This document shows, piece after piece, positions 1-9,138 of a stretch of DNA of 64,000 nt. The stretch is taken from contig JANLHG010000005.1 in NCBI GenBank assembly GCA_024654575.1, forward strand, positions 1,260-65,259. Direction: 5' to 3'. The notes below the pieces were generated by a model. The model made no database searches, was not told the DNA's origin, and worked only from the letters and a program-made list of their open reading frames with translations. Every line of letters starts with the position of its first letter. Within the stretch, counting starts at the first letter, position 1. The stretch comes from Patescibacteria group bacterium. Lineage in GTDB: Bacteria > Patescibacteriota > Minisyncoccia > Phycocordibacterales > PALSA-1337. A program made the translations under genes and the position numbers.

Positions 1-321
1 GGGGAAAAAATAGCTTACACAAATTGGGAAAAATCTATTCTTTTTCCAAGTAAAATTGCTGAAAAAAATACTAATACTGAAATTAAAACTGAAATCAAGA
101 ATAATGTTGATAAAAATATTGTAATACTTAATGACAATGCATTAAGTACTTCGACCGACACTAATGATGCTAATATTATCAGCACAAGTTCTACGTCAGG
201 TAGTATATTACGAAATATATTCTCGTCACCATTTGCTCTCGTGATACTTCTAATTCTTCTAGCGATTGTAGTTTACCTAATGATGACAGGTAAAGACGAT
301 GACCTTAGTAAGCCAATTTAA
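1..321 (+). CDS. Partial CDS (5' end outside window). Encodes a Thr/Ser/Asn-rich protein ending in a hydrophobic membrane anchor and a short charged tail (…PFALVILLILLAIVVYLMMTGKDDDLSKPI*).
   Basis: Frame 1 is open from position 1 to the TAA stop at 319-321. The C-terminal TM-like segment is followed by a KDDD tail. No start codon is visible in the window. Confidence 0.45.
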   Translation, partial: GEKIAYTNWEKSILFPSKIAEKNTNTEIKTEIKNNVDKNIVILNDNALSTSTDTNDANIISTSSTSGSILRNIFSSPFALVILLILLAIVVYLMMTGKDDDLSKPI

Positions 322-1378
322 GATTTCCTATTGCTTTAAAGTTTTTATCTAAAATTCTATTGTCAATATTAAAATAGCCAGCTAAGGCGATCATTAATGC
401 GTTATCTGTAGAAAGTTGTGAGGTAGGGAATAGTGAATTAATTTTCTTTTCTTCACTTAATTTACTTAGAGCTTCCCTGATTTTGTCATTAGCTATAACA
501 CCCCCACCTACAATTAAGGTTTTTGCGTCAAATTCGTCCACCGCTTTATTTGTTTTATAAACAAGAACGTCTACAACTGCATCTTCAAATTCTCTAGCAA
601 TTTCCTCTTTCCATTCTAAATTAACTACTTTATCAATCTTATTAACAGTATAAAGAACTGCTGTTTTTAAACCAGAAAAAGAAAAATCATAATCTTTTGA
701 ATACATCATTGGTCTTGGAAGATTCCACTTCTCAGCTGTTTCTCTTTTAAAACGATCCTCTTTAGCTATTTTTGATATCTGTGGCCCGCCAGGATAGGGT
801 AATCCGATAAGTCTAGCAACCTTATCAAAAGCCTCCCCAACAGCATCATCTCGTGTCTGTCCTATAATTTTATATTTCATCCAATTCTCAATCAAAATAA
901 GTTCTGTGTGGCCTCCACTAATAAGTAAGGCAATAGCGGGAAATTGTATACCATGAAGCATAAAGCTCTCTTGATGAACCATTTCTGAAGGAACTAGAGA
1001 GGCCACTATATGACCTTCCATATGATTTGTTGGGATTACTGGAATATTCCATAATTCACCTAATTTTTTTGCAAAATCAATTCCAACCCACAAGGCTGGT
1101 TCTAACCCAGGACCATACGTTACAGCTATAGCATCTATATCTGGTTTTTTCGAGGTAATAGGAGAGTAAATAAGTTTTTCCAATAGAGGTTTAAGATTTT
1201 TTGCATGTTCTCTTTTTGCTATCATAGGAACAACACCACCGTATTGTTTGTGGATAGAGACTTGAGAATGTATTACGTCACCTAATACTTTAAAATAAGT
1301 CTTACTATCTTTTTTAATTATCTCTAACAAAGCAAGTGCCGTTTCGTCGCAACTTGTTTCAATACCAAGTATTATCAT
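305..1378 (-). CDS. tsaD: tRNA N6-adenosine threonylcarbamoyltransferase TsaD (Kae1/Gcp family)
   Basis: N-terminus is MIILGIETSCDETALAL, the hallmark Kae1/TsaD motif. Length is 357 aa, typical of the family. Confidence 0.9.
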   Translation of the reverse strand: MIILGIETSCDETALALLEIIKKDSKTYFKVLGDVIHSQVSIHKQYGGVVPMIAKREHAKNLKPLLEKLIYSPITSKKPDIDAIAVTYGPGLEPALWVGIDFAKKLGELWNIPVIPTNHMEGHIVASLVPSEMVHQESFMLHGIQFPAIALLISGGHTELILIENWMKYKIIGQTRDDAVGEAFDKVARLIGLPYPGGPQISKIAKEDRFKRETAEKWNLPRPMMYSKDYDFSFSGLKTAVLYTVNKIDKVVNLEWKEEIAREFEDAVVDVLVYKTNKAVDEFDAKTLIVGGGVIANDKIREALSKLSEEKKINSLFPTSQLSTDNALMIALAGYFNIDNRILDKNFKAIGNLKLAY

Positions 1379-1384
1379 ATTTAC

Positions 1385-1657
1385 TTATGCTACATGAACA
1401 ATCTTTCTGACAGATCTTGAACTATCAAAATTAATCTTTCTTTTATTTTTATACTCTACCTTACCTTCTTTTAAAGCAAAAAGAGTATGGTCCTTACCTA
1501 ACCCAACATTTCTACCAGGCATAATAACAGTACCTCTTTGTCGCACCAAAACATCACCTGTTTGGGCTATTTCACCTGTAGTAACCTTAATACCTAGATA
1601 TTGAGGACCTGAATCTCTACCATTTTTAGTTGCGCCAGCCGCTTTTTTAGTTGCCAT
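1385..1657 (-). CDS. rpmA: 50S ribosomal protein L27
   Basis: MATKKAAGATKNGRDSGPQYLGIKV… matches the L27 N-terminal signature (AHKKGGGSTRNGRDS). Length is 90 aa. Confidence 0.9.
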   Translation of the reverse strand: MATKKAAGATKNGRDSGPQYLGIKVTTGEIAQTGDVLVRQRGTVIMPGRNVGLGKDHTLFALKEGKVEYKNKRKINFDSSRSVRKIVHVA

Positions 1658-1941
1658 ATAATGTTATAATGATTATTCTATGAGTATAAAAGAAATCATT
1701 GAAAAATGCAAATCTCCTAAGGTATTTATTTCAATAATTATCGTTTTAACTGCATTTGCATCCTTTGGATTAGGTCGCCTGTCAATTTTACTACACCATA
1801 AAGTACCAATTAACGTTGTAAAATAAGGATATTTTAGGATTTTTATACATCACATCTATTGACATTTAGTTTAAGAAATGCTACCATGTACATACGAGTG
1901 AGGTGAAGTAGGTAACACTATATAAACCTCACTTTTTATTT

Positions 1942-2373
1942 ATGATAGAAATAACAACAAGCGCACTGATGCTTTTCTCAGCGCTTTATGGTTCACCACA
2001 AGCGATTGAGAATTCAGCAACAATTACGTTAATTAAACAGGAGATTACTAATTCTAATCTAGAACGATATACAAGAGAATACTTCAAAGACATACCAATT
2101 CTTGCAGAAATTGCAAAATGTGAATCAAGATTCACACAATTCGATAAGAACGGAAAAGTGATACGAGGTAAAGTTAACAGGTCTGATGTTGGGGTAATGC
2201 AGATTAATGAGTATTACCATTTAGATCAATCTCAAAAACTTGACCTAAATATTCACTCAGTTGACGGAAATCTTGAATATGCAAAGTTAATCTATGATAA
2301 AAGTGGAACATCTCCATGGAATTCATCTCAAAAATGTTGGGGTAAATATTCTAAAGATCTAGCAAAGAAATAA
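1942..2373 (+). CDS. Small secreted lysozyme-like / lytic transglycosylase (SLT-like) domain protein
   Basis: An N-terminal signal-like segment is followed by a …AKCESRF… catalytic-Glu context and a GVMQINEYYH (G-L/V-MQI) motif typical of SLT/goose-type lysozyme folds. Confidence 0.45.
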   Translation: MIEITTSALMLFSALYGSPQAIENSATITLIKQEITNSNLERYTREYFKDIPILAEIAKCESRFTQFDKNGKVIRGKVNRSDVGVMQINEYYHLDQSQKLDLNIHSVDGNLEYAKLIYDKSGTSPWNSSQKCWGKYSKDLAKK

Positions 2374-2392
2374 AATGTAAAGAAAAAAATAA

Positions 2393-2430
2393 AAACAGCT
2401 TTCCGATAGGGAACAGCTGTTTTTATTTTA
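2393..2430 (+). terminator. Rho-independent terminator after the SLT-like gene
   Basis: Hairpin aacagct…agctgtt is followed by tttttatttt. Confidence 0.5.
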
Positions 2431-2464
2431 TATACTAACGTCGCACAATACTTCTTTGACGACC

Positions 2465-2668
2465 CTATAACGATTTTATAGTTATCTTATGAATTAGATC
2501 AACTGATATATCCCAAATATGTACAACTGATGTTTTTAAAAAATCCCAATTCTTCTGAGTCAATGGATTCTTAATTGTTTTTTCAATATCAAAACCATAA
2601 TAACTCAATATAAGAAGTGCAATTACTATAACAACAACCATTTTAATAAGTCCTTTTTTATAGTTCAT
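2465..2668 (-). CDS. Small hypothetical membrane protein (67 aa)
   Basis: Single hydrophobic helix (VVVIVIALLILSYYGF). Lies downstream of, and co-oriented with, the M23 peptidase gene. Confidence 0.3.
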   Translation of the reverse strand: MNYKKGLIKMVVVIVIALLILSYYGFDIEKTIKNPLTQKNWDFLKTSVVHIWDISVDLIHKITIKSL

Positions 2669-2692
2669 ACAATAGTGATTATATATTTATTT

Positions 2693-3985
2693 TTATAAAT
2701 AAGAAAGTGGATTAAGATACGCTTTTTGAGTTGCCACCGGAATACGTATGTTTTTGCAATTTATACTATTAACCAATGGTGACACTTGTATACCTTGAGT
2801 CGCGTAAACACTAAAGTGCAAATGCGCTCCAGAAGGTCCTGGTGGAAGTACGTAGCCACTATAACCACTGTAAGCGATAATATCACCTGTTTTTACTTCT
2901 TGCCCCGCACTGACTAATTGAGATGAAAGATGTGCATACACCGTTGAAAGACCATTGTTATGCTTAACAAGAATCCATCTACCATATGAATAACAGTTTG
3001 GTAATATACCAGTATCACCTATTTCTACAATTGTTCCAGATAAAACAGTTCTAACTGGAGTACCTGTAGTTGCTCGTAAATCAATACCATTATGCCCTTT
3101 TCCATTGTAAGCTTGAGGATTTTGAGTTGCGAAATTAGTGTTACCAAAATATTGAGTAATGTGAACATTATCAAGAGGCCATTGTAAAACTCCAGCTCCG
3201 GCTTTTGGTATACTATTAGGGTCAATTGTAATCCTTAATTCCTGTTCCAAATTAGCTAAATCATCTTCAAAAGCTTTCGCAAGGGCTTTCTTATTATCAA
3301 GTATTTTTTTATAATTAGCTTCTTGATTTTTTGTTTGAGCCAATAAGTCAGCTTTCTCTTTTTTTATATCTTCTACTGATTTTGTCTGTCCTTTAAGTTG
3401 ATTACTAAAGCTCAATAATTGAACTTTATTTTTTTCTGTTTTTATCTTATTTTGTTCAAGTTGAATTTTTGTATCTTCTAAGTCTTTTATGGTTTCCCTG
3501 ATAGTTGATTGGAAACGAGTTAATTTTTCTAATTCGTTCCAAAACTCCCCCAGATCTCCAAATTCAATAAGTGTCTCAATGAGCGATTTAGACTCCTCAA
3601 CATTTATTTTATAAAAAGTTTTACTTATAATTTTAATATCTTCTTCAATACGATTACTCTTATCTCCTATATCAAGTTTTAATTGCTCTATAACGATATT
3701 AGCTGTTTGTATCTTATTTTGCGTAATTTGAATATCTTTTGATAATTTCTTTCTAGTTATTTCTAATCCATCAACTGTACCCTTCAGAGTATTGGCTTGA
3801 TTTGATATTACATCAACTTGGTCTTGATACTGAGCAATTTCTTGTTTAAGTTGATTAAGTAAAACATTCTGCTCATCTATTTTTTGTCTGAGTTCTTCCG
3901 CTTTGTCGGCATAAACATTATTTCCAAAAAATAAAATAAATGCTAATAAAACTATAGTTAATATTTTCCATTTATGATAAAACAT
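2693..3985 (-). CDS. Coiled-coil murein DD-endopeptidase, M23 (LytM) family, EnvC-like
   Basis: Has an N-terminal signal/TM segment and a long coiled-coil (Q/E/K-rich heptads). The C-terminus carries the GHNGIDL and HLHFSVY (HxH) M23 metal-binding motifs. Confidence 0.85.
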   Translation of the reverse strand: MFYHKWKILTIVLLAFILFFGNNVYADKAEELRQKIDEQNVLLNQLKQEIAQYQDQVDVISNQANTLKGTVDGLEITRKKLSKDIQITQNKIQTANIVIEQLKLDIGDKSNRIEEDIKIISKTFYKINVEESKSLIETLIEFGDLGEFWNELEKLTRFQSTIRETIKDLEDTKIQLEQNKIKTEKNKVQLLSFSNQLKGQTKSVEDIKKEKADLLAQTKNQEANYKKILDNKKALAKAFEDDLANLEQELRITIDPNSIPKAGAGVLQWPLDNVHITQYFGNTNFATQNPQAYNGKGHNGIDLRATTGTPVRTVLSGTIVEIGDTGILPNCYSYGRWILVKHNNGLSTVYAHLSSQLVSAGQEVKTGDIIAYSGYSGYVLPPGPSGAHLHFSVYATQGIQVSPLVNSINCKNIRIPVATQKAYLNPLSYL

Positions 3986-5309
3986 GAATTGCTTTTGAAA
4001 TTCTTAAGATTACTTCTTCTTTTCCTAAAATATATATCAAAGAAAAAGGGTCTGGTGATTTATCTTTTCCCGATAGGGCATAGCGAACAGGCCAAAGAAC
4101 ACCCCCCTTCCCTTCTTTTTCGGCATAAGACATTATTTGATTTTTAATATCATCAACACTCCAATTCCCTATTTTATTTATAGAATCAATTACTTTTTCT
4201 AAGTGAATGACAGTTTTTTTAGAATCATTTTCATTCTTCCAAAATAATTTATCTTTTGTATATTCTGGTTCATTAAAAAAGTAATCCAACTCCCCCGCTT
4301 CTATCATTGTGTCTATGTCAGAATAAACATTGATACGGTCGAAAATAATCATTAATAACTTTTCCAAATATTCATCTGATACAACATATTTTTTCTCTAT
4401 TCTTTTTTTAATTTCTTTAAATACTATTTTTTTGTCTAACTTTTTTAGATATTCTTTATTAATCCAATTAAGTTTTTCAATATTAAAAATCGCTCCACTT
4501 TTTTGCACTTTAGCTAGATCAAATTGTGCAATAAGTTCGTCTATACTAAATATTTCTTTTGTCGTTCCGGGGTTCCATCCGAGAAAGGCAAGATAATTAA
4601 TAATTGCTTCGGGGAGATAACCCTTTTCTCTGTAATCATCAACACTCACTGCACCGTGCCTACCTGAAAGTTTAGATTTATCAGGAGCAAGAATAAGTGG
4701 TAAATGAGCATAAATAGGCGTCGGAGCACCTATCGCTTGTTGTATAAGAATTTGTCTGGGAGTGTTAGAAATGCCATCTTCTCCACGAATAATATGAGTA
4801 ATACCCATTTCAAAATCATCAATAACAACTGCTAAATGATAAATTGGTTCCTCCAAAGATTTTGCAATAACAAAATCACCAAGCTCTGTTGTATCAAACT
4901 CTATGTCACCTCGGATTAAATCTGTAAATTTTATTTTTTTATTTGAATTTTTAAAACGAATAACCTCATTTCTTTTCCCTTCCTCTACTTCTTCCTTTGA
5001 AAAATAAGCTTTGTCTTCATCAATGAGTTTCTTCAAATATGTTTTATATATATCATTACGTTGTGATTGCCAAAATGGACCATCATCATAACTAATCCCC
5101 AACCATTCTAAACAATCAAGCATATTTTTTTCATACTCCTTCTTTGATCGTTCTTTATCTGTATCTTCAAATCTAAAAACTATTTTACCTTTATTTTGTT
5201 TTGTAAAAAGGTAGTTAAAAAGAAATGTTCTTGCCCGTCCAATATGCAAAAAACCGGTAGGACTAGGTGGAAATCTGGTAATGACTTTCATACCAGTATA
5301 ATAACACAA
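3972..5309 (-). CDS. gltX: Glutamyl-tRNA synthetase (class I aaRS)
   Basis: RFPPSPTGFLHIGRARTFLFNY contains the HIGH motif in GluRS context. KLSGRHGA is a KMSKS-like motif. Length is about 440 aa. The true start is probably the MKVITRF Met. Confidence 0.9.
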   Translation of the reverse strand: MCYYTGMKVITRFPPSPTGFLHIGRARTFLFNYLFTKQNKGKIVFRFEDTDKERSKKEYEKNMLDCLEWLGISYDDGPFWQSQRNDIYKTYLKKLIDEDKAYFSKEEVEEGKRNEVIRFKNSNKKIKFTDLIRGDIEFDTTELGDFVIAKSLEEPIYHLAVVIDDFEMGITHIIRGEDGISNTPRQILIQQAIGAPTPIYAHLPLILAPDKSKLSGRHGAVSVDDYREKGYLPEAIINYLAFLGWNPGTTKEIFSIDELIAQFDLAKVQKSGAIFNIEKLNWINKEYLKKLDKKIVFKEIKKRIEKKYVVSDEYLEKLLMIIFDRINVYSDIDTMIEAGELDYFFNEPEYTKDKLFWKNENDSKKTVIHLEKVIDSINKIGNWSVDDIKNQIMSYAEKEGKGGVLWPVRYALSGKDKSPDPFSLIYILGKEEVILRISKAIHVLS

Positions 5310-5312
5310 ATA

Positions 5313-5765
5313 CTAATCAATCGCTGTAATTTTGAGTTTGAATTTTACTGTTTTATCTTGCACTTGAACTGTAATTTCATGTTCACCCACTTCTTTTATT
5401 GGTTTATCTAATTTGATGAATTCTGGAGAAATGATAAGTCGAGTTTGTTTGGTAATCTCTGGAGCAATTTCGGCACTATGAATCCCAGCAAAAAGATGGC
5501 CTTTCTCATTGGCTTTTCCAGCCATTTCTATAACAATACCATTCATATCGTTAAGATTCTTCAAAAGCAAGTCTTCTTGAATTTTTTTCTCTATATCTTC
5601 CTTTGCTTTTTCTACTGAAACCCTTTTTACAGCCTTTTCTGTAGCGATTTCAGCAAAACCCTTAGGTATAAGAAGATTTAAAGCATATCCATCAGAGATA
5701 TCTTTAACATCATATTTTTTACCTACTTTAGGTGTGTCTTTTAGTAAAATTATTTTCATACACAA
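5313..5765 (-). CDS. rplI: 50S ribosomal protein L9
   Basis: MKIILLKDTPKVGKKYDVKDISDGYALNLLIPKGFAE matches the L9 N-domain consensus. Confidence 0.85.
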   Translation of the reverse strand: MCMKIILLKDTPKVGKKYDVKDISDGYALNLLIPKGFAEIATEKAVKRVSVEKAKEDIEKKIQEDLLLKNLNDMNGIVIEMAGKANEKGHLFAGIHSAEIAPEITKQTRLIISPEFIKLDKPIKEVGEHEITVQVQDKTVKFKLKITAID

Positions 5766-5779
5766 TAAACCTTATCATT

Positions 5780-7018
5780 TCAATAATTCTTTAGCAACTC
5801 TAAAGCCTTATTCATTTGTGGGTCAATTTTCTTATCTATATCAGTCTGAGATATTTTAACTTCATAATCCGGCTTTAAACCTCCTTCAGAAATGGAATTA
5901 CCTTTTGGAGTAAGCCACCTTGCGACTGTTACTTTAAGAGACGTATCTGAAGTTATAGGAACAAGTTCTTGAACAGAACCTTTACCAAAGGTTTTCGTAC
6001 CAACTAACTTGACAATACCATGTTCTTGTAATGCACCTGCCAAAATCTCTGATGCTGAAGCCGAACCTCCATCAACTAAAATAATAAAATGTAAATTAGA
6101 AAAAACATTATATCCCCTACTTCTGTATATTTTATCATCACCGTTTTTACCAAAATCTTCAGTCACAACAATTTTTCCACTTGGTAAAAACCAACTCGCC
6201 ATGTCCACCGATGCTTCAAGATAACCTCCTGGATTACTACGAAGATCTAAAATCAGTTTTTGGGAACCTGATTCATAAAATTGTCTCAATGCATTTCTAA
6301 ACAGGTCAGGAGAATTAGCAGAAAAACTATATAATTTAATTACAAAAACACCATCTTTTCTTAATTCGGTGTCAATAGTTGGTAAATCAATAGTATCTCT
6401 AGTTATTTTGACATCAAACGGTGCTTTTATACCTTCACGAAAGACATTAAGAGTTACTATAGTCCCCTTTTTACCTCTAATGAAACTAACCGCATTATCC
6501 GTAGACATGTCAATTGTACTGGTAGCATTTATTTTAACAATTTTATCTCCCACCTTAATTCCAGCCTTTTCGGCAGGACTACCTTTCAAAGGAGCGACTA
6601 CTGTTAATATTTGGTCTTTCAGAGCAATCTCCATTCCAACTCCTTCAAAATTCCCAGCGATATCACTTTCAAATATTTTTGATTCTTTAGGAGGAAAAAA
6701 AACTGTATAAGGGTCACCCATTGAGCTAGCTAGTCCTTGCATAGCACCCCAAATTCTCTCTTGATCATTTGGAATTGGTTTTGAAGAAACATATTTTTCA
6801 GTTAAAATTGACCATTCTTTCCAGAATGGAGAAAGGTCTACAGAATTTATATTTGCAACATTTATTCGGTTTTTAGAACCAGCATAAGCACCGGCCATAA
6901 ATACCAAACCTAAAATCACCATCGCCACCACTACTGACGAAACATATTTCAAATATTTATTATTCATAAGTAAAAATATTATATCATATGCTATAATATT
7001 TTCTATTATGGTCATCAA
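5780..7018 (-). CDS. ctpA: Carboxyl-terminal processing protease (peptidase S41, CtpA/Prc-like) with PDZ domain
   Basis: Has an N-terminal TM segment and a PDZ-like region (GIKVGDKIVKIN). The S41 catalytic region is LRSNPGGYLEASVDMASWF. Confidence 0.85.
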   Translation of the reverse strand: MMTIIENIIAYDIIFLLMNNKYLKYVSSVVVAMVILGLVFMAGAYAGSKNRINVANINSVDLSPFWKEWSILTEKYVSSKPIPNDQERIWGAMQGLASSMGDPYTVFFPPKESKIFESDIAGNFEGVGMEIALKDQILTVVAPLKGSPAEKAGIKVGDKIVKINATSTIDMSTDNAVSFIRGKKGTIVTLNVFREGIKAPFDVKITRDTIDLPTIDTELRKDGVFVIKLYSFSANSPDLFRNALRQFYESGSQKLILDLRSNPGGYLEASVDMASWFLPSGKIVVTEDFGKNGDDKIYRSRGYNVFSNLHFIILVDGGSASASEILAGALQEHGIVKLVGTKTFGKGSVQELVPITSDTSLKVTVARWLTPKGNSISEGGLKPDYEVKISQTDIDKKIDPQMNKALELLKNY

Positions 7019-8345
7019 ACTTCACAACACATTGTCTGGAGAAAAAGAAGAATTTAAACCTCTCAATGAAGGAAAGGTTGGTATTTATAATTGTGGACCA
7101 ACAGTTTACGATATTGCACACATAGGAAATCTCAGAACTATGGTTTTTTATGACATTATCAGAAGAATATTTGAATATAATGAGTATAAAGTAGAACAAG
7201 TGATGAATATTACAGATGTTGATGATAAAACAATCCGTAAAAGTATCGAAGAAAAAATAACACTCACTGAACTAACAGAAAAATATGAAAAGCTTTTTTT
7301 TGAAGATATTGAAAAACTCAATATTATTAAACCACAAAAAATACTTTCTGCCAGAGCACATATGTCAGAAATTATAGAACTTATATCAACACTAATTAAA
7401 AATGGTTCAGCATACGAAGCGAGTGACGGAATCTATTTTAAAATTTCAAATTGTAAAAACTACGGATTACTAGCTAGATTAAAATTAGATAAACCGACTC
7501 AAGAAAGAATAGAAAATGATGAGTATGATAAAGAAAACCCTCGTGATTTTGCTTTATGGAAGTTTTATAAAGAAAATGACGGAGATGCAGTGTGGACCGC
7601 GCCCTTCGGGCGCGGTCGCCCTGGTTGGCATATTGAATGCTCAGCTATGGCTATAAAATCACTAGGAGACACGCTTGATATCCACGCTGGTGGAAGTGAT
7701 TTGATTTTTCCTCATCACACAAATGAAATCGCTCAGTCAGAATCAGCAACTAGAAAAACCTTTGTAAACTATTGGCTTCATGGAGGAATGATGAATGTTC
7801 AAAGTGACAAAATGGCGAAATCAAAAGGTAATTTTCTAAAATTAAAAGAGTTAATTGAAGAAAAAATATCACCCCTCGCATATCGTTATTGGCTTCTTAC
7901 TGCACATTATCGAACACAAATTAATTTTACTTTTGAAGCAGTTTCAGCATCTCAAACCGCATTAATAAACTTTTGTAATTATTTTATGGCATTTGGAGAA
8001 AAAAGTGGTGAAATTGATATAGATTACAATAATAAATTTATTGACTTCATAAATAACGATTTGGATATGCCTAAGGCAGTAGCTCTGGCTTGGGAATTGA
8101 TTAAAGATAAAAATATTTCAAACGAAAACAAAAAAGCTACTCTATTAAAATTTGACGAAGTATTCGGATTAAAATTAAAAGACCTAAAAATTCCTGATAA
8201 TAATGAAGAGATACCAGAAGAAATCAAGTTTTTGATTGAAGAAAGAGAAAATGCCCGCAAAGCTAAAGATTTCAAAAAATCCGACGCCCTAAGGAGTGAA
8301 ATAGAAGCTAGAGGGTATAAAGTCAAAGATATACCCTTATCTTAA
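7008..8345 (+). CDS. cysS: Cysteinyl-tRNA synthetase
   Basis: YNCGPTVYDIAHIGNLRT contains the HIGH region. RPGWHIECSAM is the Zn/cysteine-binding motif. KMAKSKGN is the KMSKS motif. Confidence 0.92.
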   Translation: MVIKLHNTLSGEKEEFKPLNEGKVGIYNCGPTVYDIAHIGNLRTMVFYDIIRRIFEYNEYKVEQVMNITDVDDKTIRKSIEEKITLTELTEKYEKLFFEDIEKLNIIKPQKILSARAHMSEIIELISTLIKNGSAYEASDGIYFKISNCKNYGLLARLKLDKPTQERIENDEYDKENPRDFALWKFYKENDGDAVWTAPFGRGRPGWHIECSAMAIKSLGDTLDIHAGGSDLIFPHHTNEIAQSESATRKTFVNYWLHGGMMNVQSDKMAKSKGNFLKLKELIEEKISPLAYRYWLLTAHYRTQINFTFEAVSASQTALINFCNYFMAFGEKSGEIDIDYNNKFIDFINNDLDMPKAVALAWELIKDKNISNENKKATLLKFDEVFGLKLKDLKIPDNNEEIPEEIKFLIEERENARKAKDFKKSDALRSEIEARGYKVKDIPLS

Positions 8346-8364
8346 GCCATATTATTAATTTCGC

Positions 8365-8394
8365 TTGACATAAAACTATCTTATGGTGTATAAT
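8365..8394 (+). promoter_or_regulatory. Near-consensus sigma70 promoter (TTGACA-18-TATAAT) driving the GC-rich orphan gene
   Basis: ttgaca at 8365-8370 and tataat at 8389-8394. Downstream is a roughly 110-nt leader with two hairpins (cttag…ctaag; ttcct-tg-cacc-GAAA-ggtg-aggaa) and two SD-like sites. Confidence 0.6.
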
Positions 8395-8507
8395 AAGGGG
8401 TAGATTCTTAGTCGTATGGCTAAGTCGTTCCTTGCACCGAAAGGTGAGGAATAAGGAGGTAAGTGCGTTCCTCTACTAACGCACAAGTACATTGAAAGGA
8501 GTGTTGT

Positions 8508-9005
8508 ATGACATTCAAAAACGAAGAATTCGTAATCAACAACGGGCCGTCAAAGATCGATCTTATGTTTTCCTTATTCGATACTGACATGGGAAAGCGG
8601 ATGTTAGAATTTCACACGCCTCAGTGGGTTCACACCCACGATGCGAATGATTTCAAAGTTCAGATTACTTCCGCACGAAGACGAAATCCGGCGGCGACGA
8701 TCTGGGAGATCGAAGGAATCACTGACGCTCAAGGTGGGAAGACGCGAGTCTCCATCTATTATCTCTCGGACACCCGCGAAGGTCGCATGAGGTTCGAGGA
8801 AGAGCTTCGGACTCATGGCATCATGGAAACGCCGGACGACGCCAAAAGAGCAAGGGCCCTCATGATCATCATCCAGAAGATGGTGGCCATCGCTCAGTAT
8901 CACGGCGGCTTGCCCGAAGAGTTCTACGTCCTGTTCGAGAAGGCAAAAAAAATCAAATTTGCCGAAGATCGTGATTCACTCACTGAAGCTGTCAAAGGCA
9001 TCTAA
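8508..9005 (+). CDS. Hypothetical protein (165 aa), compositionally foreign (about 50% GC against a roughly 30% background)
   Basis: Strong RBS AAAGGAG 8 nt upstream of the ATG. It has its own promoter and terminator. Codons are GC3-rich, unlike the neighbours. No recognisable motif. Confidence 0.6.
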   Translation: MTFKNEEFVINNGPSKIDLMFSLFDTDMGKRMLEFHTPQWVHTHDANDFKVQITSARRRNPAATIWEIEGITDAQGGKTRVSIYYLSDTREGRMRFEEELRTHGIMETPDDAKRARALMIIIQKMVAIAQYHGGLPEEFYVLFEKAKKIKFAEDRDSLTEAVKGI

Positions 9006-9026
9006 TCTCTAAACTGAAACCTCAAG

Positions 9027-9066
9027 AAGCGCATCTGCAAAGATGCGCTTTAACTTTAATTTTTTA
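9027..9066 (+). terminator. Rho-independent terminator
   Basis: Perfect hairpin aagcgcatc-tgcaaa-gatgcgctt followed by a T-rich tract. Confidence 0.7.
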
Positions 9067-9101
9067 TCCCCAAATTAGACACATCTTATAACCGTTTTCA
9101 A

Positions 9102-9131
9102 TTGATGCGGAATTTTTCATTATGCTACAAT
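9102..9131 (+). promoter_or_regulatory. Putative sigma70 promoter for dnaB (TTGATG-18-TACAAT)
   Basis: The hexamers sit 8-37 nt upstream of the dnaB ATG. Confidence 0.35.
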
Positions 9132-9138
9132 TCCCTCA

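Noticed and set aside
1681-1827. 48-aa hydrophobic small ORF in the rpmA-downstream spacer
   Set aside because: It is a plausible small membrane protein but has no RBS and no conservation evidence. Not reported as a feature.
8604-8903. 99-aa antisense ORF inside the GC-rich orphan gene
   Set aside because: It is the same GC-composition artefact. It has no RBS and is internal to the promoter/RBS/terminator-defined plus-strand gene.
9061-9071. DnaA box (TTATCCCCA) upstream of dnaB as an origin marker
   Set aside because: It is a single 8/9 match with no cluster of boxes or AT-rich DUE, so it is insufficient to call oriC.
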